Virus record (IMG/VR): IMGVR_UViG_3300021957_000014
Location: 22,213-86,212 of that record
Length of the DNA stretch: 64,000 bases
Strand: one strand, 5' to 3'
Source of the DNA: a virus
Taxonomy: Duplodnaviria; Caudoviricetes
Shown: piece after piece, positions 54,728 through 63,661 of the stretch
Numbering within the stretch: position 1 is the first letter of the stretch
Layout: each line of letters opens with the position of its first letter
Notes under the pieces: model-generated
Seen by the model: the letters and a program-made list of their open reading frames with translations, nothing else
The model's database searches: none
Told to the model about the DNA's origin: nothing
Position numbers and translations under genes: made by a program

Positions 54728-54913
54728 TTATCCGTCTATAAGTGCTTGAACACGTGCTACTTCGGTGTCCCAAGCAGCTTTAGATGTGTCATAAGATGTC
54801 TGAGCAAGAGCTCTTCCATCTGTTCCTTCAGCAGGAGCTCCGTCCATAGAAGGTTCATTTGCTACCAAATGTGCCATAAACTCTTCCGATGTCATATTTT
54901 CTGAAATTGCCAT
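54728..54913 (-). CDS. Small hypothetical protein
   Basis: SD GGAG. Coupled. Confidence 0.6.
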   Translation of the reverse strand: MAISENMTSEEFMAHLVANEPSMDGAPAEGTDGRALAQTSYDTSKAAWDTEVARVQALIDG

Positions 54914-55362
54914 TATGCCTGTTCTCCAGTTGTTGATTCCATTTCTTGTTCCATTTCTTCGATAGGTGCCATGTAAGAGACCCAGTCATTTGACCAGTCA
55001 TCTTCTTCACATCTCATCCACTCACCTGCTACATTGTCGTAACAAGCATCTGTATCGATGTTAGTAGACAAGTTATACTCATCTTCTTCCATGTCATTTG
55101 GTTGCATCCAACACTGGTAGATACAATCCCAATATGCCTCATCACTAAACCCTTCTGGGCATGGGTGAGTAGGTGTTTCGGGATGGATGTAATCACCTTC
55201 AGTAGACTCTACGAATACACATGTGTAATCTTCAACGTTCTCTTCTTCGTGTGGTATATTACCAAGTGTATGTTCAATATCTAATAACATTCCACGAATG
55301 TCATATATCATTTGTTCTATCTGTAGACGTGGGTCTAAGTTAGGTTTGTTTGTGTCGGCCAT
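54913..55362 (-). CDS. Very acidic Cys/Trp-rich hypothetical protein
   Basis: Late promoter TATAAATA at 55379-86 and SD GGAG. Six Cys and many D/E residues. Confidence 0.6.
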   Translation of the reverse strand: MADTNKPNLDPRLQIEQMIYDIRGMLLDIEHTLGNIPHEEENVEDYTCVFVESTEGDYIHPETPTHPCPEGFSDEAYWDCIYQCWMQPNDMEEDEYNLSTNIDTDACYDNVAGEWMRCEEDDWSNDWVSYMAPIEEMEQEMESTTGEQA

Positions 55363-55393
55363 TGATTTCTCCAAGAAATATTTATACTTTTAT

Positions 55394-56569
55394 TTAGTCT
55401 TTTTGAAGGTTCTTCACCTTCTTTTTTGGTACTTGTAGCACAATTCTTTGTGTCTCTCTTAATTTTTTTGTATTACCCTTACCCTGTATCAGTCCTAATG
55501 ATGTGACCAATAACAAAATTGCCAGCGGGTCAAATACAAAGATTAGCATGTAAATTACCCATCTTACGGCGTTGTCAAGGTACTTGACACTATCCTCTTG
55601 TCCATACATTACCTCTGCAATGTATTTGATTGGGCCCACTTCACGTTCTAATGAGAGTATAATCTGTTTACTCTCGAACATCTCGTCTTTGTATCCATCT
55701 ATGATATCATAAGACTCATCAATTAACAAGTTGAATTCGTCTGTTTTTACAATAATATCATCTGCATCCCCTGTAGAGGATTGTTGTAACCTTTTAATCT
55801 CTGCATTTGCATCATCGATTGTCTTCTGTGCTTGCAATCTATAGCGGTCAATGTTTGATTGTTGTTCTGATATGTCATCCCTTAACTCTTCTCTCTGAGA
55901 TGATTGTTGGTCAAATAAGTCGTTTGCCTGTGCAACATAGTCTATGGTTTCTGATTCACTCTGTCTAAAAACACCACCTTCATCTAGAGTGATGACTTCC
56001 ACACCTTTGTTCCTAAGAGTGCTTACAGCCGTGTCTAAGGATGTCACAGTACCCCTTAGAGATGTTATCTGACCTTGTGCATAGTCTATATCCCCTTGAA
56101 CTCTGTCCCATGCACCATCTCTGATAGTTTCCTGTTGTTTAATAGACTCTGATACATCTACCTTTGCACCCCCAAGACTCTCAATCCTATCTGTATAGGT
56201 TTGTATCTTGTTTTCTTCTCTTGCAATCTGACTCTCAATCCTATCAACGATAGATTGTGCTTGTGCAGTATCACCTGTTTGTTCTGAGTGTGCTTTTGAT
56301 AGGTATCCAAATATACCTAGTGATGTGATTAACATGAGAACAAATACTGCAAACACTAGATAGTATTTCATGTAGTTGAGTTTTTCCCATGCAAGATGCA
56401 GATAGGCTGCAGTGACAACTTTACCGAATTCTAAAGCACCTGCCATAATTACGATACCCATGAAAGCACCAGCAAATATTGTTGCAAGTCCTAACACTGA
56501 GAAATATGCAGCTATAGATGCAATTCCTAAAGACGTAATTACCGCGAGGTAATTCAAAAATCTGTTCAT
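55394..56569 (-). CDS. Membrane-anchored coiled-coil protein conserved in marine T4-like phages
   Basis: Three N-terminal TMs (LE.GK.V, LM.ITS.GIFGYLSKAH), a long coiled coil, EVGPIKY and a C-terminal TM VFDPLA. Confidence 0.75.
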   Translation of the reverse strand: MNRFLNYLAVITSLGIASIAAYFSVLGLATIFAGAFMGIVIMAGALEFGKVVTAAYLHLAWEKLNYMKYYLVFAVFVLMLITSLGIFGYLSKAHSEQTGDTAQAQSIVDRIESQIAREENKIQTYTDRIESLGGAKVDVSESIKQQETIRDGAWDRVQGDIDYAQGQITSLRGTVTSLDTAVSTLRNKGVEVITLDEGGVFRQSESETIDYVAQANDLFDQQSSQREELRDDISEQQSNIDRYRLQAQKTIDDANAEIKRLQQSSTGDADDIIVKTDEFNLLIDESYDIIDGYKDEMFESKQIILSLEREVGPIKYIAEVMYGQEDSVKYLDNAVRWVIYMLIFVFDPLAILLLVTSLGLIQGKGNTKKLRETQRIVLQVPKKKVKNLQKD

Positions 56570-56572
56570 AAT

Positions 56573-56767
56573 CTATCTCTTAATGTTTCTTCTCAAGAGA
56601 CCGAATAGAGCATTTGGTTCATACTTCTTATTCCTCTTCTTGAAACCGATACTACTTGCATCAGTTGAAACAGCTGCACCTGTGGCATTCATAGGTGCAT
56701 CTTCGGTCTGAAGATTGTCTTCAACCTTCTTCTTGTTCACATCAAATAGTGTACTAATATACGTCAT
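56573..56767 (-). CDS. Small hypothetical protein (EDAP.N motif)
   Basis: TEDAPMNATG motif, typical of T4-like head-associated proteins. Confidence 0.5.
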   Translation of the reverse strand: MTYISTLFDVNKKKVEDNLQTEDAPMNATGAAVSTDASSIGFKKRNKKYEPNALFGLLRRNIKR

Positions 56768-57338
56768 TTTCTGTTACCAATACCCTGTCTTCGTTTACGT
56801 AGCCGATATAAACATCAATGCCGAAGACTTTTGAATGATGTTCTGTTATTTCGACTGCAGTTTTATGTGGATGTACCACATCTAATTGTTCGAGTGTTCT
56901 TCTCAAGTGATACTGACCACCAACATGGAGTTTTCCGACTGACATGGATTCTTCTAGAACCTCTGCATCAACCTTACCCAGTTCTTTTAGGTGTCTGTAA
57001 AACTTTTCACACAGTTCTTCCATTTGGGGTTCATCTAACTCATTTGTTTCTTTTAACATGAGTAATGCAACAGCATATGATGCAAATTGGGATTTACCAA
57101 ATGGTACCTTGTTTATGATTTTCTTTAGATTCCATACTAAACGATGGAGAGGTGTCAAGGAAGCTTTCTCTGCAGCTGTTTCGGGGTTGTTGTCGACATT
57201 CTTACCATCGACTTCTATCTTTTTTATCCTCGTTCCGTTCTTGTCGATAAACCCAAATTTATATGCCTGCATTTTCTCCCAAGGTGTAGTCAACATCTTG
57301 AGTATTCTAAAGACTATTAAAGTATCTATGATTCTCAT
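56754..57338 (-). CDS. Conserved T4-like late protein
   Basis: D....FR.LK.LTTPW....AYK.G.ID..G and RLV.NLK. CTAAATA lies 5 nt before the ATG. Confidence 0.7.
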   Translation of the reverse strand: MRIIDTLIVFRILKMLTTPWEKMQAYKFGFIDKNGTRIKKIEVDGKNVDNNPETAAEKASLTPLHRLVWNLKKIINKVPFGKSQFASYAVALLMLKETNELDEPQMEELCEKFYRHLKELGKVDAEVLEESMSVGKLHVGGQYHLRRTLEQLDVVHPHKTAVEITEHHSKVFGIDVYIGYVNEDRVLVTENDVY

Positions 57339-57363
57339 ATATCTATTTAGGTGATTTGAGCAG

Positions 57364-57439
57364 TGGAGCTCCCAAACCGATTCGAACGGTTGACCTACTG
57401 ATTACAAATCAGTTGCTCTACCAGCTGAGCTATGGGAGC
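57364..57439 (-). tRNA. tRNA-Thr(TGT)
   Basis: GCTCCCATAGCTCAGCTGGTAGAGCAACTGATTTGTAATCAGTAGGTCAACCGTTCGAATCGGTTTGGGAGCTCCA. Confidence 0.96.
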
Positions 57440-57811
57440 TTACAATTCTCTCAATCTTTGTGCAATCACATCATCAATTGGTAGTTCAGGCATGAAATCC
57501 TGTGTGATGTAATCTAAGTATAGTAATAGAGTTTTGATTGAAGACCAGTATCTATCTTCTTTAATTTTAAATTTTAACATTCTCATACATGCATCGTATC
57601 CAAATACATTGAATAGACATATGAGATGATTGAGTAACAGGCGTTCTCTTAGTTCCCCACTTTCATGGTATCTAAAGAGTAATCTTTTAAGGTATCTAAA
57701 TCTACGTAAGTCCTCTTGGAAGTCTTCCATGTCCTCACATTGAGGGTCATCATAGTGCTTCAGAGCAAATGCAGAAAAGTTTTTAGCAGTTAGTTTGTCA
57801 AATAGACTCAT
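57440..57811 (-). CDS. Conserved T4-like hypothetical protein
   Basis: FA.K.YD.PQC....F.EDL.RF.Y.KRL and L.ERL.LNH.I.L.NVFG. Confidence 0.75.
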   Translation of the reverse strand: MSLFDKLTAKNFSAFALKHYDDPQCEDMEDFQEDLRRFRYLKRLLFRYHESGELRERLLLNHLICLFNVFGYDACMRMLKFKIKEDRYWSSIKTLLLYLDYITQDFMPELPIDDVIAQRLREL

Positions 57812-57825
57812 AATGTATTATAAAG

Positions 57826-57861
57826 TTAGTTGGTCTACCAGTATTTAGTAGACGCAACTAA
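57826..57861 (-). promoter_or_regulatory. Hairpin with a late-like promoter CTAAATA in its loop
   Basis: TTAGTTG/CAACTAA and GTCTAC/GTAGAC arms enclose TATTTAG (57842-48). Confidence 0.6.
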
Positions 57862-57866
57862 AGGAG

Positions 57867-58265
57867 TTAAACCAATGAACCGTATACTTTATAGCTGTTG
57901 TTCATCAATCTCTCATATTTCACTTTGAGTGAAATTATTTTTTCTTCTTTTTCAAACTCATCGATAGGGGTATCGACTGTCTTCCCGAAAGTCTCACCAT
58001 ATTGAGAAAATGAAAGGTCAAACTCACCACTTTCATTGAACTCCATGTCATCATATTGCTTACATGATAGTCCTACGTGAGAAAGTTTTGCCTTCATTTG
58101 TTCTACTGCAGCTTGTGGGTTCATGTATTCTGAACTAGCACAATGTCCTAGTACTGCATTAATTTTTGCTTTCACAGATGAATCATCAATGTCGTATGGG
58201 GCATGCTCATCGCCAGGCCAAGCATTGAATTGCTGTTCTGCCATGAATTGATTGAATTTTTTCAT
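57867..58265 (-). CDS. Probable internal head protein (capsid-targeting-like N-terminus)
   Basis: MKKFNQFMAE resembles the T4 internal-protein CTS MKTYQEFIAE. Confidence 0.6.
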   Translation of the reverse strand: MKKFNQFMAEQQFNAWPGDEHAPYDIDDSSVKAKINAVLGHCASSEYMNPQAAVEQMKAKLSHVGLSCKQYDDMEFNESGEFDLSFSQYGETFGKTVDTPIDEFEKEEKIISLKVKYERLMNNSYKVYGSLV

Positions 58266-58277
58266 AATTTTTTCCTA

Positions 58278-58505
58278 TTATTGATTGTCGTAGTAGTTTT
58301 TATTTAACTCACCACGAACTATTGTTTCACCGACTTTTCTACACTTAATGTAGACTCTCTCTGTATTACCGCCAATCGATGTAAACGTTCTAATACCATT
58401 TGCTACAGTTCCATTGGATTCGGAGTATGTATCTGCAGTTGATTTATCTGCAGAGTTTTCATACTCCCAAATTCCGTTAGAACCCGATACTGCCACCCAA
58501 GCCAT
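58278..58505 (-). CDS. Small probable virion protein
   Basis: Coupled in the late block. G/S/T-rich. Confidence 0.5.
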   Translation of the reverse strand: MAWVAVSGSNGIWEYENSADKSTADTYSESNGTVANGIRTFTSIGGNTERVYIKCRKVGETIVRGELNKNYYDNQ

Positions 58506-58514
58506 TTAAGACTC

Positions 58515-59075
58515 TTATGCTACTGCAGTAATCGTTCCAGCTGCGGTACCGATACCTGCGACTGAAGTGATTGTAGAAACTGTTGAAGTTCCTTTATCTT
58601 TAATTGTACCACCATTCAATGCAACTGCGTTAGCACCGATTGAAAGTACATCACCAGCAGCGATTGCAGCGTTTGCAGCACCGTATGCAATTGAGAAAGT
58701 AAGTTCGTTAGAACCTGTTCCACTTGCATATGATAGTACGTGTGGGCCTCTTCCGCTTCCATTGTTAGCAACAGATAGTTGAGGTGTTCCAGTAACGTCT
58801 ACTGCTTCGTTGAATACTACCTTAGCAGATAGTGTTCCACCAGCAGATACATCCCATGCAGTTGATACCCAATCGATATCAGTGATATCAGCAGCACCCA
58901 AAGCAGTTGTTAGACCAGAGCTTGACCATGCCACTAGGACTTCAGTCAATGTTCTACTTCCTACAATCTTCTTCAGTTCCCAACCGTGCGGTTTTGCTGA
59001 TGTGTTTGTTTTATCCGCTTCACTTAACCAGTTAGGTTTTGATTCAGTTCCACTTGTATGTCCCCATAGTGCCAT
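58515..59075 (-). CDS. Virion structural protein (MALWG family, Ig-like domain)
   Basis: MALWG...H.GW...E.LVA and V.FNEAV.VTGTP.L...Y.SG.G...LTF Ig-like repeat. Confidence 0.7.
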   Translation of the reverse strand: MALWGHTSGTESKPNWLSEADKTNTSAKPHGWELKKIVGSRTLTEVLVAWSSSGLTTALGAADITDIDWVSTAWDVSAGGTLSAKVVFNEAVDVTGTPQLSVANNGSGRGPHVLSYASGTGSNELTFSIAYGAANAAIAAGDVLSIGANAVALNGGTIKDKGTSTVSTITSVAGIGTAAGTITAVA

Positions 59076-59088
59076 TTTAATTTCCTCT

Positions 59089-59634
59089 TTATTTTGCGAC
59101 TCTTAATATAGTATCAAAAGTCTTTTTAAATGTTTTTACATCTTTTTGTAATAGACGAGAGTATTTATCTCGCAAGGCAGGCTTAACAGACATTAAAGCG
59201 TTATAAACTTTCTCTGCATCCGCTGCTTTCACCTTTAACTTTTTCATGTCATCGGTTCTAATCTCGGTATCACGTTTAGTATCAACCATTTTTGATAGTT
59301 GTACTAAGATGTTTGCATCGGGTCTTAATTGCATTCCCGCTGCTTTTGAGTTAAAAGCATCGATGGCTCTATCGATAACTTCATCCTCTTGTGCTTCCGA
59401 ATACTTTCCACCAGCCATAGTGCTGATTTTCTGTATCATGGCACGCAATTCTTTTTCTGATTTTGCCTTTGATACTGCACGTGCAATCTTCTTATTGCCA
59501 CCGTCACTCATCATTGCAAAATCTGAAGCCTTCTCCATTACGGCATTGGTCTTCTTTGCAGCGTCTTTGATGTACCCTAACTTCTTAAGTTTTTCCTTAA
59601 AAAGTTTGTATCTTGCATCACCTTTGACACTCAT
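59089..59634 (-). CDS. Lys-rich probable head/core protein
   Basis: D.R.K.FKE..KKL and NI.VQL.K..D motifs. In the late block. Confidence 0.55.
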   Translation of the reverse strand: MSVKGDARYKLFKEKLKKLGYIKDAAKKTNAVMEKASDFAMMSDGGNKKIARAVSKAKSEKELRAMIQKISTMAGGKYSEAQEDEVIDRAIDAFNSKAAGMQLRPDANILVQLSKMVDTKRDTEIRTDDMKKLKVKAADAEKVYNALMSVKPALRDKYSRLLQKDVKTFKKTFDTILRVAK

Positions 59635-59637
59635 TGC

Positions 59638-60636
59638 CTACTTCTCGTCAAAGTGTGTTATTGTTGAAGGGTCACCATATGATGATTTACCCCTTGCAAC
59701 TGCATCAAAGTCTCTGAGTTTCTTCTTAGTTCCACTCATAACGATTACTGTATCTTTCTTACCTTTGTCCATAGTAATCTTTAGACCCATCATTTTAGCA
59801 GAACGAATGAATTTTTGTTCTTCGGGTTTCTGCATTCCTTTAACTCTGTAAGTAATCATTTCTTCTGCAAACATGTTTAGGTATGATTCACCTATGTTAT
59901 CACCTTGCTTAAGATATTTCTTTGCCTTAACTCTGTCATGGTACATGAACTGGTAATTCTTCTTAGTCTTGTCATCTCTTACGATGTAACTCTTTGGGCC
60001 CATCTTAGTGACTTTACCCATGTACTTTGCACCGTCTGCTTGATAGTAATCTATTTCTGTACCAACTTTGATTGAGTTCTTAGTCTCTGCACCCATACCA
60101 TGTTTTGCAAGAACTCTATAGTTCTCTGATATAGTACTTTCTTTGATTTTACCTTTAACTAAATCGTCAAGGTTACTATCTAACCAGTCAATGAATTCGT
60201 CTTCATCGTCTCCACGAATCTCACCACTGGAACTTGCCCAATTACTAAGTTCGTCTTCTGCTTTCTTAGATAGGTCTAGGTTACCACTTCTCTGTGCTTT
60301 CTGAAGTTCTCTTTTGTGTTTACGAACTATGTCTTGTATCTTCTTACCTTCTGATACAGTCTCTTCGTTTGCATACTTAAGTGCAGACTGTACTTCTTTT
60401 GATTTAAGAATCTTATCACCAAAGAACTTCTTAATTTCTTTAGCTGCAATATCCATTGCACCACTCATGTCAAGTGCAACTTCTACTGCTTTCTTGACTT
60501 CGGGGTCACTAACTTTGTTTCTTCTGAAGTAGGTAGAAACTTCTCTACCAGTAAGTTTCATCTTACCATAAGGGCCTAAAGGATTAACCTTTCCATCCTT
60601 GTCTAGTACCTTCTTTGCTTCGTGAAATAAATTCAT
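59638..60636 (-). CDS. Modular Lys/Glu-rich probable internal head protein
   Basis: Short modules separated by hydrophobic-X-E sites (FHE, VSE, IKE, ISE, IGE). Confidence 0.55.
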   Translation of the reverse strand: MNLFHEAKKVLDKDGKVNPLGPYGKMKLTGREVSTYFRRNKVSDPEVKKAVEVALDMSGAMDIAAKEIKKFFGDKILKSKEVQSALKYANEETVSEGKKIQDIVRKHKRELQKAQRSGNLDLSKKAEDELSNWASSSGEIRGDDEDEFIDWLDSNLDDLVKGKIKESTISENYRVLAKHGMGAETKNSIKVGTEIDYYQADGAKYMGKVTKMGPKSYIVRDDKTKKNYQFMYHDRVKAKKYLKQGDNIGESYLNMFAEEMITYRVKGMQKPEEQKFIRSAKMMGLKITMDKGKKDTVIVMSGTKKKLRDFDAVARGKSSYGDPSTITHFDEK

Positions 60637-60637
60637 T

Positions 60638-61996
60638 CTACTCTCCAAATATTGCGTATGATAGAATCACATCTTGCATGATGATTTTTGCCATGTCTTC
60701 TCTAAATGCAGTGTCACCATCAAATTTAAAGTTAGAATGTTGTTTGTTTGTCATAACGATATTTTCATCATAACCCATTACTTCTAACTTTTGTAATTGT
60801 TTTATTACTGTCTCACCTTGTTTTTTAGAATCTTTGAAACCTGCTTTGACTTCATCTTTGATGAGTTTTTGTAGTTCCTTTACTATTTTATTAAGTTTAG
60901 GTGACTTGTATATAAATGCTTTTTCTTCACCATGTTTAGAGATTAAAGCATCTGCTTCTTTGTAGTAATCTCTTGATGATTCTGAAACTACTTCTTCTGA
61001 TTGAAGTTTAGCAATTTGGTCTTTCATCTTTTTGAACTCAGAACTACCGTGTTTCACATCCATTAACTTATTATATAAGTCAATGATTTGTTCCTGCTTC
61101 TTAGGATTTAGTTTCTCAATCGTTAGATTTTTTTTTTCGTCACCAAGTTTGATAAACTTCTTACTTGGTTTTGCTTCGTCTAAACCTTCACTGAATGCAG
61201 CCATAAGAATTTTTTCAAATCCTTTGTCTTCTTTAATACCTAATTTTTTGATTTCAGATGCAATCTTCTTGTTAATGTCACCAACTTCTTTTGTTGCAAC
61301 TGGGCCTTGTGCAACTAGTCTTGCTTTTTGCATAAGAAGGTCTGAGTATTTTGCATACTTTCCAGCCTTCTCGTTAAATGTTTCTGATTCTGCGACACCG
61401 TCAATTGGTGTTGGTAAGACTTCTTCAATTTTAACTGATTCGTTTTTCGTTGGCCCGTTTACCTTACCCTTATACTTTTTAACAATCTTTTGTACATTTC
61501 TATCAGAAATAAATTTGTCTAAAGACTTTTCGTCACCGTAAAATTCTAAAGAATTTGGTTCATCAGATGCACCATCAAAACTAGTTACATGCATTTTCCT
61601 AATTTTACTAATTAGTTTATCTATAACTGTTAATTCATCTTTGGAAATTTTACCCTTTGTTTCGATATATAAACTAGCTTCATGACCTCTACGGTCTTTA
61701 TTTTTGAAGTTTTTCATATCTCGAACATCTTCGTCTATCTTTGACTCGTGTGCATGAGGTTTTTCACCTTTCTTTGAATGATGTTCCTTTGTCTCATCCT
61801 TACCATCCCAATTCTTATCGATGTAGTCATAGAATTCTTTCTCTTTGTCACCCTTAAGTTCTGCTGGTGATGTAACACCAAACTTCTTAAGTGCAGCTTG
61901 GAAAAACTTCTTGTAGTCTCCACTCTCTAATACAATTGCATTGGCAGCTGCAAGTAAGTCTGCAGATAAACCGTGTCCTAGTCCTTCAAATTTCAT
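60638..61996 (-). CDS. Modular Lys/Glu-rich probable internal head protein
   Basis: YKKFF..ALKKFGV.SPAEL....KEF..Y.DKNW module. VLE, IDE, IEE, IKE, LDE and VSE sites. Confidence 0.6.
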   Translation of the reverse strand: MKFEGLGHGLSADLLAAANAIVLESGDYKKFFQAALKKFGVTSPAELKGDKEKEFYDYIDKNWDGKDETKEHHSKKGEKPHAHESKIDEDVRDMKNFKNKDRRGHEASLYIETKGKISKDELTVIDKLISKIRKMHVTSFDGASDEPNSLEFYGDEKSLDKFISDRNVQKIVKKYKGKVNGPTKNESVKIEEVLPTPIDGVAESETFNEKAGKYAKYSDLLMQKARLVAQGPVATKEVGDINKKIASEIKKLGIKEDKGFEKILMAAFSEGLDEAKPSKKFIKLGDEKKNLTIEKLNPKKQEQIIDLYNKLMDVKHGSSEFKKMKDQIAKLQSEEVVSESSRDYYKEADALISKHGEEKAFIYKSPKLNKIVKELQKLIKDEVKAGFKDSKKQGETVIKQLQKLEVMGYDENIVMTNKQHSNFKFDGDTAFREDMAKIIMQDVILSYAIFGE

Positions 61997-62553
61997 TGTT
62001 CTAATTCCCCTTTTTCGAAGTAGTCAAACATTTTTTCTTTACCTTGTTCATCAAGACGTAAAGACTTTGCAAGTCTGCCTAACATGTTTTTTTCTGTTAA
62101 TTTTTCAACTGTCTTTTCGAGAGATGTGTTCTCTTCTTGGACTTCTTCTTTATTTAAAGTCTTTTGAGTGTTTACTTTACCAATCAGTGTGAAGATGACA
62201 TCTCTTGCTTTAAGGACTGCTTCGTAATCTTTGTTGTACTTCTTATCCTTAAGTTCTTTATCACCCATTCCAACAATCTTCTGATAACCTTTTAGAACTG
62301 CCTGCATATCCTTAGATAATTTCTTTAATGATTCAACTTCTTTTTGTTGAACTTCATCCAGGCCTTGTTCAAACTCTTTTATATCCTCTACTTCGGGAAG
62401 TGTATCTTCCGAGAAGTAAGTTGATAATTCTTGGTCAATTTCATCGGAAATAATTTGCTCAGCAGTCTTTTCTACTGTACCTTCTTTACGTGGTTCAATA
62501 TAGTTACGAACCTCGTCTAGTTTTTCTTTCCAATTTTCTGATTTATAACTCAT
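61993..62553 (-). CDS. Glu/Lys-rich probable head protein
   Basis: Late promoter CATAAATA (62559-66) lies 5 nt before the ATG. W.E.L.EV N-terminus. Confidence 0.55.
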   Translation of the reverse strand: MSYKSENWKEKLDEVRNYIEPRKEGTVEKTAEQIISDEIDQELSTYFSEDTLPEVEDIKEFEQGLDEVQQKEVESLKKLSKDMQAVLKGYQKIVGMGDKELKDKKYNKDYEAVLKARDVIFTLIGKVNTQKTLNKEEVQEENTSLEKTVEKLTEKNMLGRLAKSLRLDEQGKEKMFDYFEKGELEQ

Positions 62554-62561
62554 AGTCTTAT

Positions 62562-62849
62562 TTATGTAATTCGTATCCTAACAACAAGATTTCCTTGTCC
62601 TTTTAACAACCTGTGGTAGGTCATTTTGGGGATATAATACTCTTCTCCTTGGTTTAATTGTATGGGTAACTCATCATCGTGCTGTAGTTGCCACCCAGTT
62701 CCACTTAGAACATTGACCACCCTTGATTCTTTATCACGGTGCCATACTAGTTCTTCATTTTCGACACTTTCTGTGAACTCTCTGATAACATATGGTACAC
62801 CTGTACCATGTTGTTCTTCTATTCGTTCTGTGTATGGTTTAGTCGTCAA
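62562..62849 (-). CDS. Cupin-fold small protein
   Basis: ELVWHRD...R.V....GW.LQ.D.ELP, IPK..YHRL.KG. TTG start re-called. Confidence 0.7.
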   Translation of the reverse strand: MTTKPYTERIEEQHGTGVPYVIREFTESVENEELVWHRDKESRVVNVLSGTGWQLQHDDELPIQLNQGEEYYIPKMTYHRLLKGQGNLVVRIRIT

Positions 62850-63099
62850 GTCCTTTAACATAGTTGTCTGTCTTCTCCTTATATCCATAGTATCCAAAGT
62901 CATTTGGTTCTAAATCAAATATCTTATCAACATAGTTCTCTGCGACATTCTCAGCATATGTTTCTGAGTGGTCGTGAACCTTCCTTGTTGCATATTCGTT
63001 ACCTATTGAACTACTAAGGTCTACTTCCCAGCCCTTGTCTGTCTTATAGACTTCTGCCTTTCTATCATCTCTTAAATAACTGTGATATAATTCTCTCAT
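62839..63099 (-). CDS. Hypothetical protein
   Basis: Start re-called at MRELYH. HSE.YAE..AENYV motif. Confidence 0.6.
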   Translation of the reverse strand: MRELYHSYLRDDRKAEVYKTDKGWEVDLSSSIGNEYATRKVHDHSETYAENVAENYVDKIFDLEPNDFGYYGYKEKTDNYVKGLDD

Positions 63100-63124
63100 A
63101 ATATAACCTACACCTATATTTAGA

Positions 63125-63661
63125 CTACCAAAAAAAATCTCCCCCACCACTCAAACCTAATTGTTTTGCGTAGTATGGTAATCGACATGCCCAATAGCCT
63201 GCCGTAGTCTTATCGTTCTTTGTGTCACATTGGTGTCTTGCAACAAAAGATGCTCTTGCCTTCTTGTTATTCAGTTTTACTTTCAACCCTGTAGTATCTC
63301 CCCATGATATCTTCTTAATCTTATCACCGTCTTTTACATAGACATAGTATTTTTTGGAGCCACCGACCTTTGGTGAGTTCAGTTTAACGTCTTTCTTGTC
63401 ATCTTCTTCCATAATCATAGGACAATCTAGAGGAACCATGTTACCCTCATAGACCTCAAACTCACCTAAGTCTGTCTCTAGGATTTGTTTATCAACCTCT
63501 GTAAGTACGTATCTATCTTCACTTAATCTCTTCCTTGCCTCATTGATGACTTCAAAATACATCATAGAACCCAATCTAAAAGGATTGTCGGTTATATTAG
63601 TGTTAGTCTCTTGTAAACTATCCACTGTCTCGTGTATAGCCAGTTCATGAAAGGTTTTCAT
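63125..63661 (-). CDS. Conserved T4-like protein with CTS-like N-terminus
   Basis: MKTFHELAIHE, KK..VYVK...KK.SWGD, ARASF.ARH.C, AGYWAC. Confidence 0.7.
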   Translation of the reverse strand: MKTFHELAIHETVDSLQETNTNITDNPFRLGSMMYFEVINEARKRLSEDRYVLTEVDKQILETDLGEFEVYEGNMVPLDCPMIMEEDDKKDVKLNSPKVGGSKKYYVYVKDGDKIKKISWGDTTGLKVKLNNKKARASFVARHQCDTKNDKTTAGYWACRLPYYAKQLGLSGGGDFFW

